From positions 184,042 to 204,041 of the forward strand of contig WELA01000395.1 of NCBI GenBank assembly GCA_009602735.1: a DNA stretch of 20,000 bases. Reading direction: 5' to 3'. The DNA is from Mesotaenium endlicherianum (taxonomy: Eukaryota). The notes under the pieces are model-generated. The model was given only the letters and a program-made list of their open reading frames with translations, was not told the origin of the DNA and did not search any database. The position numbers were made by a program, and so were the translations under genes. Of the stretch, positions 18,333 through 20,000 are shown piece after piece; within the stretch, counting starts at the first letter, position 1, and every line of letters begins with the position of its first letter.

Positions 18333-20000
18333 ATGCCTACCCGTAGTGGGCTTTCTTATCAGCCATACTACGAAGGGGTTAGTGGAGAAGACTCAGACTC
18401 AGATCTCAGCACCATCACTGAACCCGCTGAAGAAGAGCAACCTGCTCTCCAGCACACAGCAGTTGCTTCTGAGCCATCTCCCCAGTGGGCTCACTACGAT
18501 TTCTGGTACCCCATGGCAGGTGACCACGAGGTCCGGACTGACAGGTCTGCCTACCGCTTCAGCGGTAGGCCAGGCACCTGTGATCTGGAAGATACCATCT
18601 CGGAGTTTCAGGCTGACTTCGCGGCTGCAAAGCTCAAGACACCCACGCTGACTAAGCGCGACGTCTTCGACACGCTTATGCGCTACCTCTCGCACGAGGC
18701 CCGCGACACCTTCCGTGAGAAGGAGGCCGAGCTCCGGACCCGCACTGAGCTTGTGGGTGACCCACCAGTGGCAACCCTGCTAGCCGATCCAGTGCAAGCC
18801 TTCTGGAACATCCTGAAGACAGAGTTCCAGGCTGCAACTGAAGAGAAGGTGTACGAGCTGCACCATTTCTTCCGACGCAAGAACGAGACTATCCGCATGA
18901 TGTACCGCCGCTTGGTGCACCTCCGCCGCGATGTCGGCACCGTCACTGACCGGGAGGCCGCGGAGATCTTCTTGCGTGCCGTCGAGCCGCGTCTGAGGGA
19001 GAGGGCCGTAGTCCCCCTCATCGACCGCCACGGTTCAGAGTATTCTCTGGAGCAGGCCTACCTCTCCGTTGAGAAGCAGAGCTTGGCCGCCGCACGGAGC
19101 AACATTAGCGACCGTGTGGGCTTAGCATCCACGGGCGTGCGCCAGGAGGCCTCAGTGCTGCCGTCTTCTACGACGCGCACGACGCCTGCCCGCCAGCCCC
19201 AGTCGCAGCAGCAGCAGCCTCAGCGCTCTCAGCTGCCCCAGCAGACGCAGCAGCGCGGAGCTACGCGTGGCCGCATTTCCATGGCTGCCACCACGAGCGA
19301 TCCCTGCTGGTCCTGCGAGAAGATGGGCCACTCACGCCAGAACTGCACTCTCGCGCAGAATGGCAAGCCCGGCGACTGCACCTATTGTGGCAAGGCCGGC
19401 CACCTGCAGATCGTCTGTCTGCAGAAGAAGCGCGACGTCGAGAACGGACGCGCTCGCGACGGCCCTACGCCTTCAGCAGGACAGCGAGGCGCACGCAACC
19501 CTCGTACAGGTGGCCGCCCCGCGATGACAGCAGCTACGGCCACGACGGACGCCGCATTGATGCCTGGAGCCGACTACTGCAGCTTCGACGACGTCAGCGA
19601 CGCCCTCGTGGAGGCCAACGCGGAGATCGCTAGACTCCGTGGCCTCTTCGACGTCGATAACTATGACGCGTGCGTAGCACTCCTCGCGTCCGTTCCACTG
19701 TCCTACGCCACGGCGCTGACAGCCGGCGCAAAGTCGCGCGCACGCGGGCCAGCCCGCGCGCCAGTCGAGGCCCAGACAGAGCCCTTGGCTTGCGCTTCCC
19801 TGATGACACCAGCAGGCCTCACGTCGGCCCGCGTAGCGACAGCTGGCAGGCAGGGACAGGGGCACCTGGCGGCGTGCACGGCTACAGCGGGTCCGGCCGC
19901 AGCGTCCCACTCCGTCCGTACGGCACGCCCGTGCGCAGCTCTGCGCACAGGCAGGGACAGCCGGTCCCCGCTTGCTGCGGCAGACAGCAGGCTCCAGCAG
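18333..20000 (+). CDS. gag: Gag-like protein of element B, at least 556 aa, with two CCHC zinc knuckles (runs off the window)
   Basis: Hand-translated with no stop from the ATG at 18333 to the window end: MPTRSG..YRFSGRPG..FWNILKTEF..CWSCEKMGHSRQNC..CTYCGKAGHLQIVC (knuckles at 19305-19418). It is absent from the ORF track, presumably because it has no stop in the window. Confidence 0.85.
   Translation, partial: MPTRSGLSYQPYYEGVSGEDSDSDLSTITEPAEEEQPALQHTAVASEPSPQWAHYDFWYPMAGDHEVRTDRSAYRFSGRPGTCDLEDTISEFQADFAAAKLKTPTLTKRDVFDTLMRYLSHEARDTFREKEAELRTRTELVGDPPVATLLADPVQAFWNILKTEFQAATEEKVYELHHFFRRKNETIRMMYRRLVHLRRDVGTVTDREAAEIFLRAVEPRLRERAVVPLIDRHGSEYSLEQAYLSVEKQSLAAARSNISDRVGLASTGVRQEASVLPSSTTRTTPARQPQSQQQQPQRSQLPQQTQQRGATRGRISMAATTSDPCWSCEKMGHSRQNCTLAQNGKPGDCTYCGKAGHLQIVCLQKKRDVENGRARDGPTPSAGQRGARNPRTGGRPAMTAATATTDAALMPGADYCSFDDVSDALVEANAEIARLRGLFDVDNYDACVALLASVPLSYATALTAGAKSRARGPARAPVEAQTEPLACASLMTPAGLTSARVATAGRQGQGHLAACTATAGPAAASHSVRTARPCAALRTGRDSRSPLAAADSRLQQ

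Larger units (their letters stand above)
15155..20000 (+). mobile_element. LTR retrotransposon B (5' part), interrupted by the piggyBac-like element
   Basis: Abrupt TGTCATG start truncating the LINE ORF, a repeated LTR-like sequence, a TGG-type site at 16010 and a gag-like ORF from 18333. Confidence 0.65.

Noticed and set aside
18346..19948. Several short ORFs listed in the track
   Set aside because: They are shadow frames of the long GC-rich gag ORF starting at 18333.

Overview
This is a eukaryotic, transposon-dense window with no host gene. The tRNA-iMet-type primer sites suggest a green-plant or algal lineage (inference). It holds two nested stacks separated by an 820-N assembly gap (12715-13534). 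Left stack: a fragment of a family-B LTR (1-~283, minus) lies next to Ty3/gypsy element A (5' LTR 411-1347, PBS, pol running into the gap, RT catalytic Asp mutated). Element A is interrupted by a complete 8.8-kb chromovirus C (2334-11153, minus, CATAC target-site duplication). C has gag, a -1 frameshift signal, pol with a chromodomain, and an unexpected 558-aa third ORF. That ORF has a branch point and splice acceptor directly before its ATG and lies between two similar hairpin+PPT modules. Right stack: a degenerate CRE-like non-LTR retrotransposon (13535-15154) is cut by LTR element B (putative LTR 15155-16007). B's gag has two zinc knuckles, runs 18333 to beyond 20000, and was missed by the ORF track. 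B's leader carries an internally deleted, TTAA-flanked piggyBac-like DNA transposon (16033-18151).
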